Under the pieces are notes generated by a model, which saw only the letters and a program-made list of their open reading frames with translations, was not told the origin of the DNA and made no database searches. From the IMG/VR virus record IMGVR_UViG_2706794555_000001, positions 1 through 64,000 of that record: 64,000 nt of DNA. One strand, given 5' to 3'. Of the stretch, positions 35,786 through 45,356 are shown in pieces. A program made the position numbers and the translations under genes. Source of the DNA: a virus. Taxonomy: Duplodnaviria > Caudoviricetes. Position 1 is the stretch's first letter. The number at the start of each line of letters is the position of its first letter.

Positions 35786-36082
35786 ATGTCCATCCAGATC
35801 CTCACCGAAGCCAAGGTCCTTCTCCACGAGGTCATCGCCAAGCTGGAGTCCATCGGCCACCCCCTGGCCGCCAAGCTCCACGGCGACGCCACCCAGCTGG
35901 AGACCGAGGCCGTCGCCGACGCCCGGCAGGTCGAGCACGACGCCGCACCCGTCGTCGCCGAAGCCGAAGCCGACGCCAAGACCCTCACCAGCGAAGCCGT
36001 CGCCGACGCCAAGGACCTCACCAGCACCGAGCAGCCGCCCATCGACCCCGCCGGACCGGCCGCCCCCACCACCTCCGCCTGA
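35786..36082 (+). CDS. Hypothetical acidic protein
   Basis: AGGAG RBS. Confidence 0.7.
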   Translation: MSIQILTEAKVLLHEVIAKLESIGHPLAAKLHGDATQLETEAVADARQVEHDAAPVVAEAEADAKTLTSEAVADAKDLTSTEQPPIDPAGPAAPTTSA

Positions 36083-36113
36083 CCCCGACACCAACCCAGG
36101 GGAGGCGAGCACC

Positions 36114-36587
36114 ATGGCCCTAATCCCTGACGAGAAGCGCGACGCGGTCCTCGCCGACATCCGGGCCGGGCAGAAAGCCCGCAACCAGATCGCCCGCGAC
36201 CACGGCGTCAGCGCCGCCAGCGTCACCGGCATCGCAAAGCGGGCAGGCATCACCGACGCCTTCGACCGGTCCATGACAGAGAAAGCCACCCGCGTCAAGG
36301 TCATCGACGCCAAGGCGGCGCGGATCCAACTGTCCCTGGACCTCCTCGACGATGCCCAGCGGTTCCGCAAGCGCGCCTGGGAGCCCTACCAGGTCGTTGT
36401 CAGCACCCCGCAGCGCACCGAAATCGTCGACGTTGATCTGCCGCCGCTGCAGGAGGCCCGCGCCGCCTACAACGCGGTGGGCATCTGCGTGGACAAGAGC
36501 CTGCGCCTGGAGCAGCACGACGCCGACACCGGCGGCGTCAACGCGGTCGACGACTGGCTGCGCGGAATGCTCGGCGAGACCGGCTAA
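36114..36587 (+). CDS. Terminase small subunit (HTH)
   Basis: RNQIARDHGVSAASVTGIA HTH; immediately upstream of large terminase. Confidence 0.75.
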   Translation: MALIPDEKRDAVLADIRAGQKARNQIARDHGVSAASVTGIAKRAGITDAFDRSMTEKATRVKVIDAKAARIQLSLDLLDDAQRFRKRAWEPYQVVVSTPQRTEIVDVDLPPLQEARAAYNAVGICVDKSLRLEQHDADTGGVNAVDDWLRGMLGETG

Positions 36588-36590
36588 CCC

Positions 36591-37901
36591 GTGTCCATCG
36601 CACCACTGACCGGCAAGGGCCTGGAGTCAGTGCGGCTCGCCGACGCCCGCATCAACCTGTGGGAAGGCTCGGTGCGGTCCTCCAAGACCGTGTCGAGCCT
36701 CATGCGGTGGCTCAAGTTCGTTCGCGAGGCGCCGCCCGGCAACCTCCTGATGACGGGCAAGACCGAGCGCACCCTCAAGCGCAACGTCATCGACGTACTC
36801 ACGGAGTGGCTCGGCCCCTCACGCTGCAAGCTCATCGCGGGCAGCGGCGAACTGTGGCTCCTCGGCCGGCGGGTGTACGTGGCCGGCGCGAACGACGAGC
36901 GCGCCCAGGAGAAGATCCGGGGCCTGACCCTGGTGGGCGCGTATGCCGACGAGGTGTCGACGCTCCCCGAGTCGTACTGGTCGATGCTGCTCACCCGCCT
37001 GTCCGTCGACGGCGCGAAGCTCTTCGGCACCACCAACCCCGACTCGCCGGCGCACTGGCTCCTCAAGGACTACCTGCAGCGGTCCTCCACCTGGCTGGAC
37101 CATTCCGGGCAGCTCCTGCGCAGCGAGGGCGAGGACCGGCTCGACCTGGCCCGGTTCTCGTTCCGCCTCGCCGACAACCCGTACCTATCCACGGCCTACA
37201 TCGACGCCCTGTCCTCCGAGTTCACCGGCCTGTGGCGGAAACGGTTCATCGAGGGCCTGTGGGTCGCCGCCGAAGGCGCGATCTACGACATGTGGGACGA
37301 GCAGCGGCACGTCGTCGACATCATCCCGCCGATCTCGCAGTGGCTGTGCGCCGCGATCGACTACGGCACCAGCAACCCGCTGCACGCCGTCCTGCTGGGC
37401 CTGGGCACGGACTCGCGCCTGTACGTGGTCTCCGAGTGGAGGCACGACTCCCGCCAGGCGCACCGGCAGATGACCGACGCCGAGTACACGGAGCGGGTCC
37501 GCGAGTGGCTGCAGGAAGTACCCGTGCCTGCCAGCCGTCGCCCCGACGGGACGTGGCTGCGCGGCGTGCAACCGCGCTACATGATCGTGGACCCGTCGGC
37601 CGCCTCGTTCCGGGTGCAGCTGCACCGGGAGGGCATGAACCCGGTCGCAGGCAACAACGCGGTCCTGGACGGCATCCGAACCGTGTCGAGCCTGATGGCC
37701 GCCGGACGCCTGAAGGTCAGCCGCGACTGCCCGGCGCTCCTCGCGGAGATCCCCGGCTACGCCTGGGACGACAAAGCCGCCCGCAAGGGCGAAGACAAAC
37801 CGATCAAGATGGCCGACCACGGCCTGGACGCCCTCAGGTACGCCGTGATGACCACGCGCTCCCTCTGGCACTCCTCGATCCCACTTGCCATAGCGGCGTA
37901 A
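36591..37901 (+). CDS. terL: Terminase large subunit (PBSX-like)
   Basis: EGSVRSSKT Walker A, YADE Walker B, TTNPDSP, IDYGTSNP, DPSA, DHGLDALRY. Confidence 0.95.
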   Translation: MSIAPLTGKGLESVRLADARINLWEGSVRSSKTVSSLMRWLKFVREAPPGNLLMTGKTERTLKRNVIDVLTEWLGPSRCKLIAGSGELWLLGRRVYVAGANDERAQEKIRGLTLVGAYADEVSTLPESYWSMLLTRLSVDGAKLFGTTNPDSPAHWLLKDYLQRSSTWLDHSGQLLRSEGEDRLDLARFSFRLADNPYLSTAYIDALSSEFTGLWRKRFIEGLWVAAEGAIYDMWDEQRHVVDIIPPISQWLCAAIDYGTSNPLHAVLLGLGTDSRLYVVSEWRHDSRQAHRQMTDAEYTERVREWLQEVPVPASRRPDGTWLRGVQPRYMIVDPSAASFRVQLHREGMNPVAGNNAVLDGIRTVSSLMAAGRLKVSRDCPALLAEIPGYAWDDKAARKGEDKPIKMADHGLDALRYAVMTTRSLWHSSIPLAIAA

Positions 37902-37911
37902 CGAAAGGCCG

Positions 37912-39699
37912 GTGACCATGACCGTGCCTATGCCGTCGATGCCGCTGCTGCAGGGAATGCCCGTCACCGACGCCCGCGCGCAGAACATGCTGCCGACTAC
38001 CAACCAGCCGTGGCCGCCGGTCCGCTTCAACCCGGTCAACTACGACCAGCGCATCTGGTCCGCGTGGTGGTCCGGCAGCCCCGACGAGCTGATGCGCGCC
38101 TACTACTCGATCGGCGCGAACAGTCCGCTCGGGCGCCAGTACTTCGCCACGACCGGCGAGGCGGGCATGCCCTCCCCGCGGCCGGGGCAGTTCCGCGGCG
38201 GCCTGCTCGGCAGCATCCGCCGGTTTTTCTGGGGCCAGCCCACCCCGCCCGGGGAAAAGCGCACGAACTACCACGTGCCGATCGCAGGCGACTTGGCGTC
38301 GACCTCGGCGAGCCTGCTGTTCGCGCAGCCGCCCACGCTGAAGTGCGATCAGGACTCCGGCGCCCAGGACTACCTTTCCGAGCTGCTGGACGACGGCATG
38401 CACTCGACGCTGCTGGAGGCGGCGGAGTGCGCGTCGGCCCTCGGCGGGGTGTTCCTGCGGGTCGTGTGGGACACCGACATCGCCGACCATCCGTGGATCG
38501 ACATCGTGCCGCCGGACTGCGCCGTGCCGGAGTTCCGGTACAACCGTCTGGTCGCGGTGACGTTCTGGTCGGTGATCCGCGACGAGGGCAAGGACGTTGT
38601 CCGGCACCTGGAGAAGCACATCCCGTCGCAGAACGTGATTCTGCACGGCGTCTACCAGGGCACCCAGAAGGACCTGGGGCGCCCGGTGGCGCTCACCGAC
38701 TTCCCCGAGACCGCCCCGTACGCGCAGGCCATGTCCACGGGCGACGGAATCTCGTTCCCCGACGCCCCGTTCGACGCCTCCACCGTCGTGTACATCCCCA
38801 ACATGCGGCCGAATCGGATCTGGCGGGACATGGGCCCCCAGGCCGCACCGCTCGGCCGCAGTGACTTCTCGGGCCTCGAAGGCATGATGGACGGCCTCGA
38901 CGAGGCCTTCTCCTCCTGGATGCGGGACATCCGGTTGGGCAAGGCCAGGCTGATCGTGCCGCACTCCTACCTGGACAACATCGGCCGGGGCAAGGGCGCG
39001 GTGTTCGAGCCGGAGCGCGAGGTGTTCGTTCCGGTCGGCGGCCTCATCTCCGGCGAGGGCTCCATCGGCGACCAGATCATGCCGCAACAGTTCAACATCC
39101 GCTGGGAGGAGCACCAGCAGACCTGCCAGAGCATCATCGAGCAGATCGTCACGCAGGCCGGCTACTCCGGCCAGACCATGGGGCTCACCGGTGACATCGC
39201 GCAGACCGCGACGGAGGTCGTGGCGCGGGAGCGGAAGTCGCTGACCACCCGCGGCAAGAAGATCAACTATTGGCGGCCTGCGCTCGCGGACATCGTCTAC
39301 GGCCTCATGGCCATCTCCAACTCCGAGTTCGGCCAGGCCATCACGCCCGTGCGGCCCGATGTCGACTGGCCCGACGCGGTCCTCCCGGACCAGCTCGAAC
39401 TCGCGCAGACCGTCGCGGCGCTGCGCGGCGCCGAATCCGCCTCGATCGAGACCGCCGTCGCGACCGTCCACCCGGACTGGACCCCGCAGGACGTTGCCAA
39501 GGAAGTCCAGCGGATCTACCAGGAGATGGACATCAACATCCTGGCCCGCGCCAAGGTCGCCATCGGAGGCCAGCCCGGCGAGTCCGTCGCCGACGCGCTC
39601 GCGGAGATCCCAGACGCGATCGGCGCAACGGACGTCGCCCAACAGGCCGAGGCCCTGGCGAACGTGTCCGACATGTACGAGTCCCAGGACGAATCCTAG
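37912..39699 (+). CDS. Portal protein
   Basis: Follows terL; GRSDF..LDEAFSSWMRDIRLGKARLIVP; TATEV. Confidence 0.9.
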   Translation: MTMTVPMPSMPLLQGMPVTDARAQNMLPTTNQPWPPVRFNPVNYDQRIWSAWWSGSPDELMRAYYSIGANSPLGRQYFATTGEAGMPSPRPGQFRGGLLGSIRRFFWGQPTPPGEKRTNYHVPIAGDLASTSASLLFAQPPTLKCDQDSGAQDYLSELLDDGMHSTLLEAAECASALGGVFLRVVWDTDIADHPWIDIVPPDCAVPEFRYNRLVAVTFWSVIRDEGKDVVRHLEKHIPSQNVILHGVYQGTQKDLGRPVALTDFPETAPYAQAMSTGDGISFPDAPFDASTVVYIPNMRPNRIWRDMGPQAAPLGRSDFSGLEGMMDGLDEAFSSWMRDIRLGKARLIVPHSYLDNIGRGKGAVFEPEREVFVPVGGLISGEGSIGDQIMPQQFNIRWEEHQQTCQSIIEQIVTQAGYSGQTMGLTGDIAQTATEVVARERKSLTTRGKKINYWRPALADIVYGLMAISNSEFGQAITPVRPDVDWPDAVLPDQLELAQTVAALRGAESASIETAVATVHPDWTPQDVAKEVQRIYQEMDINILARAKVAIGGQPGESVADALAEIPDAIGATDVAQQAEALANVSDMYESQDES

Positions 39700-39714
39700 A
39701 GAGAGGACGCGGAG

Positions 39715-39966
39715 ATGGCGGACAGCAAGAGCAAGGGCAAGCAGACCATCAAGTCGCCGGGCAAGAAGGCAGTCACCTTCAAGAAGGGCGCGCTCCACAA
39801 GCAGCTCGGCGTGCCCGCCGACAAGCCCATCCCGCCCGGGAAGATGGCCGCCGCACAGCGCGGCGACTTCGGGCCGACCGCGGCCAAGCGGGCGAACTTC
39901 GCGGCGAACGTCCTGGGGCAGGGCCAGAAGACCGCCGCCGCGAACCGCTCCAAGAAGGGCAAGTAG
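39715..39966 (+). CDS. Small Lys-rich basic protein
   Basis: KKGALHKQLGVPADKPIP...KRANFA. Confidence 0.75.
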   Translation: MADSKSKGKQTIKSPGKKAVTFKKGALHKQLGVPADKPIPPGKMAAAQRGDFGPTAAKRANFAANVLGQGQKTAAANRSKKGK

Positions 39967-39968
39967 CC

Positions 39969-40310
39969 ATGGCCGCGACCCCGCAGGACGCCCAGCGCCG
40001 CACCCCCGGCGCACCCGACAGCACCAAGCCCGCACATCTGGCCGCGAGCTCCGCGCGCACCCCCACGCACGCGGTCACCGGGCCCGCCGCGTGGGAGAAC
40101 GGCCGCGACGCGACCTCAACGCCCGCCGGACCCCCGTCACTGCGCGGTACCGCAGCCAGCGACGCCGACCCGACGTGTCAGGTCACGCAGACCGTCGGCA
40201 TGAACCCGAACCCGCCCGACGTTCGGTCGGCGTCGACTCCCGCTGACACCAACACGCCGGTGGTCGCCGGCAGCCCCACCGGCTTCACCCCGTTCATGAA
40301 CCAGTACTGA
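39969..40310 (+). CDS. Pro/Thr-rich disordered protein
   Basis: ORF in head operon. Confidence 0.6.
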   Translation: MAATPQDAQRRTPGAPDSTKPAHLAASSARTPTHAVTGPAAWENGRDATSTPAGPPSLRGTAASDADPTCQVTQTVGMNPNPPDVRSASTPADTNTPVVAGSPTGFTPFMNQY

Positions 40311-40321
40311 GGAGAGTCGCG

Positions 40322-40498
40322 ATGGCCAAGCAGATGCCGCCAGCCGGCCGCCCGCACAGGACTCCCGGCGCCCAGCCCCCGCCCCGTACCCCAGGCGCTA
40401 CCCAGGGAACTGCGCTGGAGCGCGCCCAGCTCGCCAAGCCCGGCCTGAGCAAGGCGCCGGACGCGAAGCCCACCCCGCAGGGCGGCTCCGGGTCCTGA
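40322..40498 (+). CDS. Small Pro-rich protein
   Basis: GAGGAG RBS; 58 aa. Confidence 0.6.
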   Translation: MAKQMPPAGRPHRTPGAQPPPRTPGATQGTALERAQLAKPGLSKAPDAKPTPQGGSGS

Positions 40499-40512
40499 CC
40501 GCAGGGGGTGCG

Positions 40513-41439
40513 ATGGCCACGCCACTGCCGTCCACCTCTGGCGATGCCCGGGAAGACCACGCCCAGCAGATCGGGGCGCACGTCGGTGCCGCTGTCGCGC
40601 AGGCGGAGCTCGCCGTGATCGCGACCGTCGCCATGCTGGCCAAGCGCGTCGCCACCGGATCCCTGCTGCCGACCGTGGCACGAAAGCAACTGGCCAGGAC
40701 CACCGACACCGTCCTCACGGCGGCGGTCCACCGGGCGCTCCTCGCCGACCGCCAACTGCCCGCCGATCTCGCCCCGTCGTTCGAGGCCGCCGTACAGTCC
40801 GCTGCCGTGTCGGCGCAGGACGCGCTCGCCGCCGCAACCGCATCCCCCCAGCAGCCGGCCGCGTCGGTACCCCGCATCCGCGTCGCGCAACTGGCCCTCG
40901 ACGCCCTTGCCGCGCAGGGCCTGGTCGGGTTCGTCGACCGGGCCGGGCGACGCTGGAACCTCGCCGGCTACGCGGAGATGGCCACCCGCACCGCCGTCTC
41001 CAACGCGTGGGACGAGCGGCAGGCCGACGAGCTCACCCGCATCGGCGTCGACCTGGTCGTCGTAGGAACGCACAGCACCGAAGGCTCTTGCAGGCTGTGC
41101 CGCCCCTGGCTCGGCCGCAGTCTGTCGCTGACCGGTGCGACCCCGGGATTCCCAACCCTGGCCGACGCCAAGGCCACCGGGTTCAGGCACCCGAACTGCC
41201 GCTGCTCCTGGGGTACCCCGGGGATGCTCACTGCCGTGCCGAGCCCGACCGACCTGGCCCGGTCCGCCGCGGCCTACACGGCAGCGCAGCGCCAGCGGAC
41301 CCTCGACCGCCGCCAACGCGCCGCACACCGGCGCATGGCGGCAGCGGTGACGCCGCAGGCCCGCACGACAGCCCGCCGTGAACTGGGCCTGATCCGCCTT
41401 GACCTCAGGCGCCGTCAGCACCCGTTCCGGGAGCGCTGA
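40513..41439 (+). CDS. Minor capsid protein (MuF-like)
   Basis: FVDRAGRRWNL.GYAEMATRT; C.LC.PW.G; HPNCRC. Confidence 0.9.
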   Translation: MATPLPSTSGDAREDHAQQIGAHVGAAVAQAELAVIATVAMLAKRVATGSLLPTVARKQLARTTDTVLTAAVHRALLADRQLPADLAPSFEAAVQSAAVSAQDALAAATASPQQPAASVPRIRVAQLALDALAAQGLVGFVDRAGRRWNLAGYAEMATRTAVSNAWDERQADELTRIGVDLVVVGTHSTEGSCRLCRPWLGRSLSLTGATPGFPTLADAKATGFRHPNCRCSWGTPGMLTAVPSPTDLARSAAAYTAAQRQRTLDRRQRAAHRRMAAAVTPQARTTARRELGLIRLDLRRRQHPFRER

Positions 41440-41725
41440 CCAGACGGCGCGTCGCCCGAAGCGACGCTGCGATCTGCGGGCCCCACGCGTCTGCAACGAG
41501 TTTCCCCGCAGGCGAGAGCTCGACACGGGCGGGGATCGGCTGCCGCTGGCCATTGCAGGCCGCCAGGTGCTCCTCGGCGACCGCCAGCACCTGCAACAGA
41601 TTCAGGCCGTCGATACAGGGCGCCCAGTCGCACTTCTCGAAGTCGTGGGCGAGTTCCGAGCCGCCGCCGTACGCGCCCTCGTTCGAGACCAGGAATCGCT
41701 CCATGCCGTTCGCCTGCTCACTCAT
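41405..41725 (-). CDS. Antisense moron, hypothetical protein (probably leaderless)
   Basis: TACCGT-N6-ATG on minus strand; fills the gap in the head operon. Confidence 0.55.
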   Translation of the reverse strand: MSEQANGMERFLVSNEGAYGGGSELAHDFEKCDWAPCIDGLNLLQVLAVAEEHLAACNGQRQPIPARVELSPAGKLVADAWGPQIAASLRATRRLVSAPGTGADGA

Positions 41726-41852
41726 GGCCCAACGGTAACCCCATAGACCACCCGCCCCGCGTGGGCGGGTTCGGCTGCCAGCCGGCCTGGCAGCCACGCA
41801 CACCCCAACGCGACCCGCCCGGTGCGGGCCACGACGCCCCCGGAGGGCAGCA

Positions 41853-42716
41853 ATGCAGCACCGAACCCTGTCGACACCGCCTGGCGTGGTACTCGGCTAC
41901 CGCAGGAACGGCCAGCCCATCTACCCCATCGCGGGCGGATCCGAACCGGCCGTAGAAACACCGCCCGCCCCCGCAGCGGACCCCGCCCCGGAAGCACCGG
42001 CCGCACCCGTCGAGACCCCGCCGGCACCCCAGCCGGAGGACCCCGGCGCCGCGTCGACCGATGCGGACAAGACCGCGCGGACGATCGCCGCGATCCGCGA
42101 CGACTTCAAGGGCGAGCGCGCCAAGCGGCAGGCCGCCGAACAGCAGCTCACCGCACTGCAGCAAGCCCTGGACGCCGACAAGGCCGACCGCGCGAAGCGC
42201 GACAAGGCCCTCGCCGTCGCACTCGGCCTCGCCGCCGACGAACAGCCGCCGGACCCGGCCAAGCTCGCCGCCGACCTCCAGGCCGCCCAGGAACAGGCCC
42301 GCACCGACCTCGCCCAGCGCGACACCGCGATGCGGGCACAGCAGGTCGAACTCGCGGTCCTGCGCAACGCCGCCAAGCACGGCGGCAACGGCGACGCACT
42401 CCTGGACTCCCGCACCTTCATGACCGCGGTCCAGGGACTCGACCCGGCCAGCGACGACTTTGCCGAGCGCCTCGGCGAAGCAATCAAGACCGCAGTTGAG
42501 GGCGGCACCCAGTTCAAGGCCCCCGCCGCCGAACCTGCCGCGCCGAAGCAGCCCGCCGTGGCGCGCTCCGGCGGCGAGTTCAACGGCTCCCCCGGCGGAA
42601 ACCGCCAGTGGACCCTCGACGACGTCACGCGCGCCAGCGCCGACGAGGTCGTCACCGCACAGAACGCCGGGCTCCTGATCGACCTCGGCTACGCGCCTCA
42701 GAAGAAGCGCCGCTAA
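41853..42716 (+). CDS. Capsid scaffolding protein
   Basis: Coiled coil, LLDSRTF, RSGGEF; directly upstream of the major capsid gene. Confidence 0.85.
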   Translation: MQHRTLSTPPGVVLGYRRNGQPIYPIAGGSEPAVETPPAPAADPAPEAPAAPVETPPAPQPEDPGAASTDADKTARTIAAIRDDFKGERAKRQAAEQQLTALQQALDADKADRAKRDKALAVALGLAADEQPPDPAKLAADLQAAQEQARTDLAQRDTAMRAQQVELAVLRNAAKHGGNGDALLDSRTFMTAVQGLDPASDDFAERLGEAIKTAVEGGTQFKAPAAEPAAPKQPAVARSGGEFNGSPGGNRQWTLDDVTRASADEVVTAQNAGLLIDLGYAPQKKRR

Positions 42717-42804
42717 CCCATCGCGCACGGAAGTCCCCGTGCGCCTGTGACGCAACGCCCCGGCGAGTCCGTCGGGGCATTTACATGCGCAGAAAGGGAC
42801 AGAC

Positions 42805-43719
42805 GTGTCGTTTGTCAACTTTATCCCCGCAATTTGGTCGAAGGTCATCCTGGCCGCGCTCCAGAAGAAGCTGGTCTACGGCTCCCCCATGGTCGTCAAC
42901 AGCGACTACGAGGGCGAGATCAGCGGGCCCGGGAACACCGTCCACATCACCCAGTTCGGCGACCCCACCGTGTCGGACTACAAGCCCGGCGGCACCATCA
43001 CCTACGAGCAGCTGTCCGACGCCGGACTGACCCTGCTCATCGACCAGGCCAAGAGCTTCTCCTTCGCCATCGACGACGTCGACCGCCGCCAGGCCGCCGG
43101 CGACATGCAGGCCTACCTGGAAAGCCGCGCCGCGTACCGCCTCGCCGACGCCGCCGACCAGTACATCGCCTCCAAGTACACCCAGGTCGCCGCAGGGAAC
43201 GTCCTCGGCTCCACCGGGGCACCCCTCACCCCGCTGCCCTACGCCATCGGCGGCTCCAGCACCTGGCACCCCGCCGACTTCTACACCCAGGTCACCGAGC
43301 CGCTGAAGGTCATCCTCGACCAGAACAACGTGCCCGACGACGACCGCTACCTGATCGTGCCCCCGTGGGCCGAGAGCCTGCTCTCCCAGACCCAGGCGTT
43401 CGTGTCCGTCACCGACATGCAGGGCCAGCCCTCGGAGACGTTCCAGCGCGGCTTCATGGGCCAGGTGTCCAACTTCAACGTCCTCAAGTCCAACAACGCC
43501 CCCCAGCCCGTCGCCGGCGGCGCCGGCACCGGCGTGTGGGCCATCCAGGCCGGACACCCCATGGGCATCACGTACGGCGAGCAGATCACCGAAACGGAAG
43601 CACTTCGCCTACAGACTACGATAGCTGACGGCGTTCGTGGTCTGCACGTCTACGGCGCGAAGATGGTTCGCCCCGACGCTACGGCCGTGGCCTACGTGCA
43701 GCGCCCGACTGGCATCTGA
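42805..43719 (+). CDS. Major capsid protein
   Basis: FIPAIWS...NSDYEGEI..GNTVHI...IDQAK...ADGVRGLHVYGAK. Confidence 0.92.
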   Translation: MSFVNFIPAIWSKVILAALQKKLVYGSPMVVNSDYEGEISGPGNTVHITQFGDPTVSDYKPGGTITYEQLSDAGLTLLIDQAKSFSFAIDDVDRRQAAGDMQAYLESRAAYRLADAADQYIASKYTQVAAGNVLGSTGAPLTPLPYAIGGSSTWHPADFYTQVTEPLKVILDQNNVPDDDRYLIVPPWAESLLSQTQAFVSVTDMQGQPSETFQRGFMGQVSNFNVLKSNNAPQPVAGGAGTGVWAIQAGHPMGITYGEQITETEALRLQTTIADGVRGLHVYGAKMVRPDATAVAYVQRPTGI

Positions 43720-43838
43720 CCTGCGGCGTTGCAAGTCAGGCAGCCTCCCGACCGTGCTCTCGTCGCCGCTTTCCTGGGCTCGGCCGCGCGTTCTCGGAAA
43801 TGCATTCCTGGTTTTACAGAACGCGGTATTATCAGAGG

Positions 43839-44852
43839 GTGGATATCCTCTGTGAGATCGACCGCTGCCCGGATCCGGCGGAGGCGCGCGGCTGGTGCCG
43901 GATGCACTACCAGCGGTGGTACCGCCACGGTGACCCGCTCGCGCTCGTGAGGGCGCCGGAGACCGGTGGCATCTACGAGATCACCGGCCCGGAAGGGTGC
44001 ATCTACATCGGCTCGTCGGACAACGTCCGGCGGCGATGGAAGGCACACAAGGCTCGACTGCGGCGCCGCGACCATCACAACCGGCTCCTCCAGGCCAGTT
44101 GGGACGAGCACGGCGAAGCCGCCTTCACCTTCGCCTTGCTCGAAGAGATCGCGGATCCGGCCCAGCTGATCCCCGCAGAACAGCGCCATCTCGACACGGC
44201 CAAGGAAGCCGGCCGGGCGGTCTTCAACCTGACCTCCGACATACGGAGCCCCGCGCGGGGTCTAGTCCACACACCAGGGGCTCGCCTCAAGATGAGCGAC
44301 GCCGCCAAGGCCGCCTGCCTCAAGCCGGACAACCTGGCAGGGAAGCGCCGCCGCGTGCAGGGCGACCGCAACCCGGGCAGCAAGTTGGACGAGTCGACGG
44401 TTCGGGGGATCTGCGATCGGCTTCTCGCTGGCGCGCATCCCGCCGAGTTGGCGGCTGAGGTGGGCGTTTCGGAGAGCGCGGTCTACCAGATTCGGCGCGG
44501 GCAGATCTGGACTCACGTGGTGACTCCGGAGCTGGCGGCGGCGATGAAGGCGGTTCGTCAGAACGGTTGGGCGAAGCGCGAGGTGACTGACGAGCACCGT
44601 GCCCGGTTCGCGGCGGTCGGTCGGGCCAATCGGGGGAGTGCTCCTTCGGCTGCGCGTCGTGAGCAGATCTCGCAGCAGTCGCGGGGCGCTGGGAATCCGA
44701 AGGCGAAGCTCACCGAGGAGCAGGTTGCGGCGATCAGGCGGCTGCTGGCCGCGGGGGCGCGGAACAAGGATCTGGCCGGTCAGTTCGGCGTGCATCCGAA
44801 CACCATCTCGAAGATCAAGAGCGGCGTGATCTGGCCGCACGTCACCACGTAA
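43839..44852 (+). CDS. Free-standing GIY-YIG homing endonuclease with repeated HTH modules
   Basis: GIYEIT...IYIGSS...RWKAH; two NPxxKL-HTH units; leaderless TATTAT-N6-GTG. Confidence 0.88.
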   Translation: MDILCEIDRCPDPAEARGWCRMHYQRWYRHGDPLALVRAPETGGIYEITGPEGCIYIGSSDNVRRRWKAHKARLRRRDHHNRLLQASWDEHGEAAFTFALLEEIADPAQLIPAEQRHLDTAKEAGRAVFNLTSDIRSPARGLVHTPGARLKMSDAAKAACLKPDNLAGKRRRVQGDRNPGSKLDESTVRGICDRLLAGAHPAELAAEVGVSESAVYQIRRGQIWTHVVTPELAAAMKAVRQNGWAKREVTDEHRARFAAVGRANRGSAPSAARREQISQQSRGAGNPKAKLTEEQVAAIRRLLAAGARNKDLAGQFGVHPNTISKIKSGVIWPHVTT

Positions 44853-44903
44853 ACGGGCAGGGCTCTCTCCTGCCTTCGTCCTTAAGGCAGGAGAAGCCCT
44901 TCC

Positions 44904-45347
44904 ATGGCTCGTACCGCACTCACTCCCGTTCAGCTGGCCTACGACGCCGGTATCGCCCAGGGTGCCACCGGCACCGTGGACGCCACGAACGGCAACGTCG
45001 TCGCGCTCAACGTTGCTGGCAGCCCGGCCACGTTCGGACCGTTCCAGGTCGTTCTGGTCGTCACCAACGCCGACACCGCCTCGCACAGCGTCATCGTGCG
45101 CGGAGCCGGCTACACCGGTGCCGCGAACGGCGCGGTCAACAGCGGCATCCCGGCTCCGGCGAACACGGTGTTCACGCAGGGAACCCTCGGGGACCTGTCC
45201 GTGGCCGTGGCCGCCAGCACCACGCAGGTCATCGGCCCGTTCACCACGGACCGCTTCATCAACACGGGCGGCGCCCTGTGGCTGGACTGGACCGCGGCGA
45301 CCTCGATGTCGGTGTGGGTCTACCAGATCCCCGTGACCGTCAGCTGA
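44904..45347 (+). CDS. Putative capsid decoration protein
   Basis: Beta-rich; next structural gene after capsid. Confidence 0.6.
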   Translation: MARTALTPVQLAYDAGIAQGATGTVDATNGNVVALNVAGSPATFGPFQVVLVVTNADTASHSVIVRGAGYTGAANGAVNSGIPAPANTVFTQGTLGDLSVAVAASTTQVIGPFTTDRFINTGGALWLDWTAATSMSVWVYQIPVTVS

Positions 45348-45356
45348 GGCGCACCC

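Noticed and set aside
43720-44900. Group I intron or intein around the GIY-YIG gene (also considered for the HNH gene)
   Set aside because: Capsid and tail tube genes end intact before the nucleases and there is no room for an intron core.
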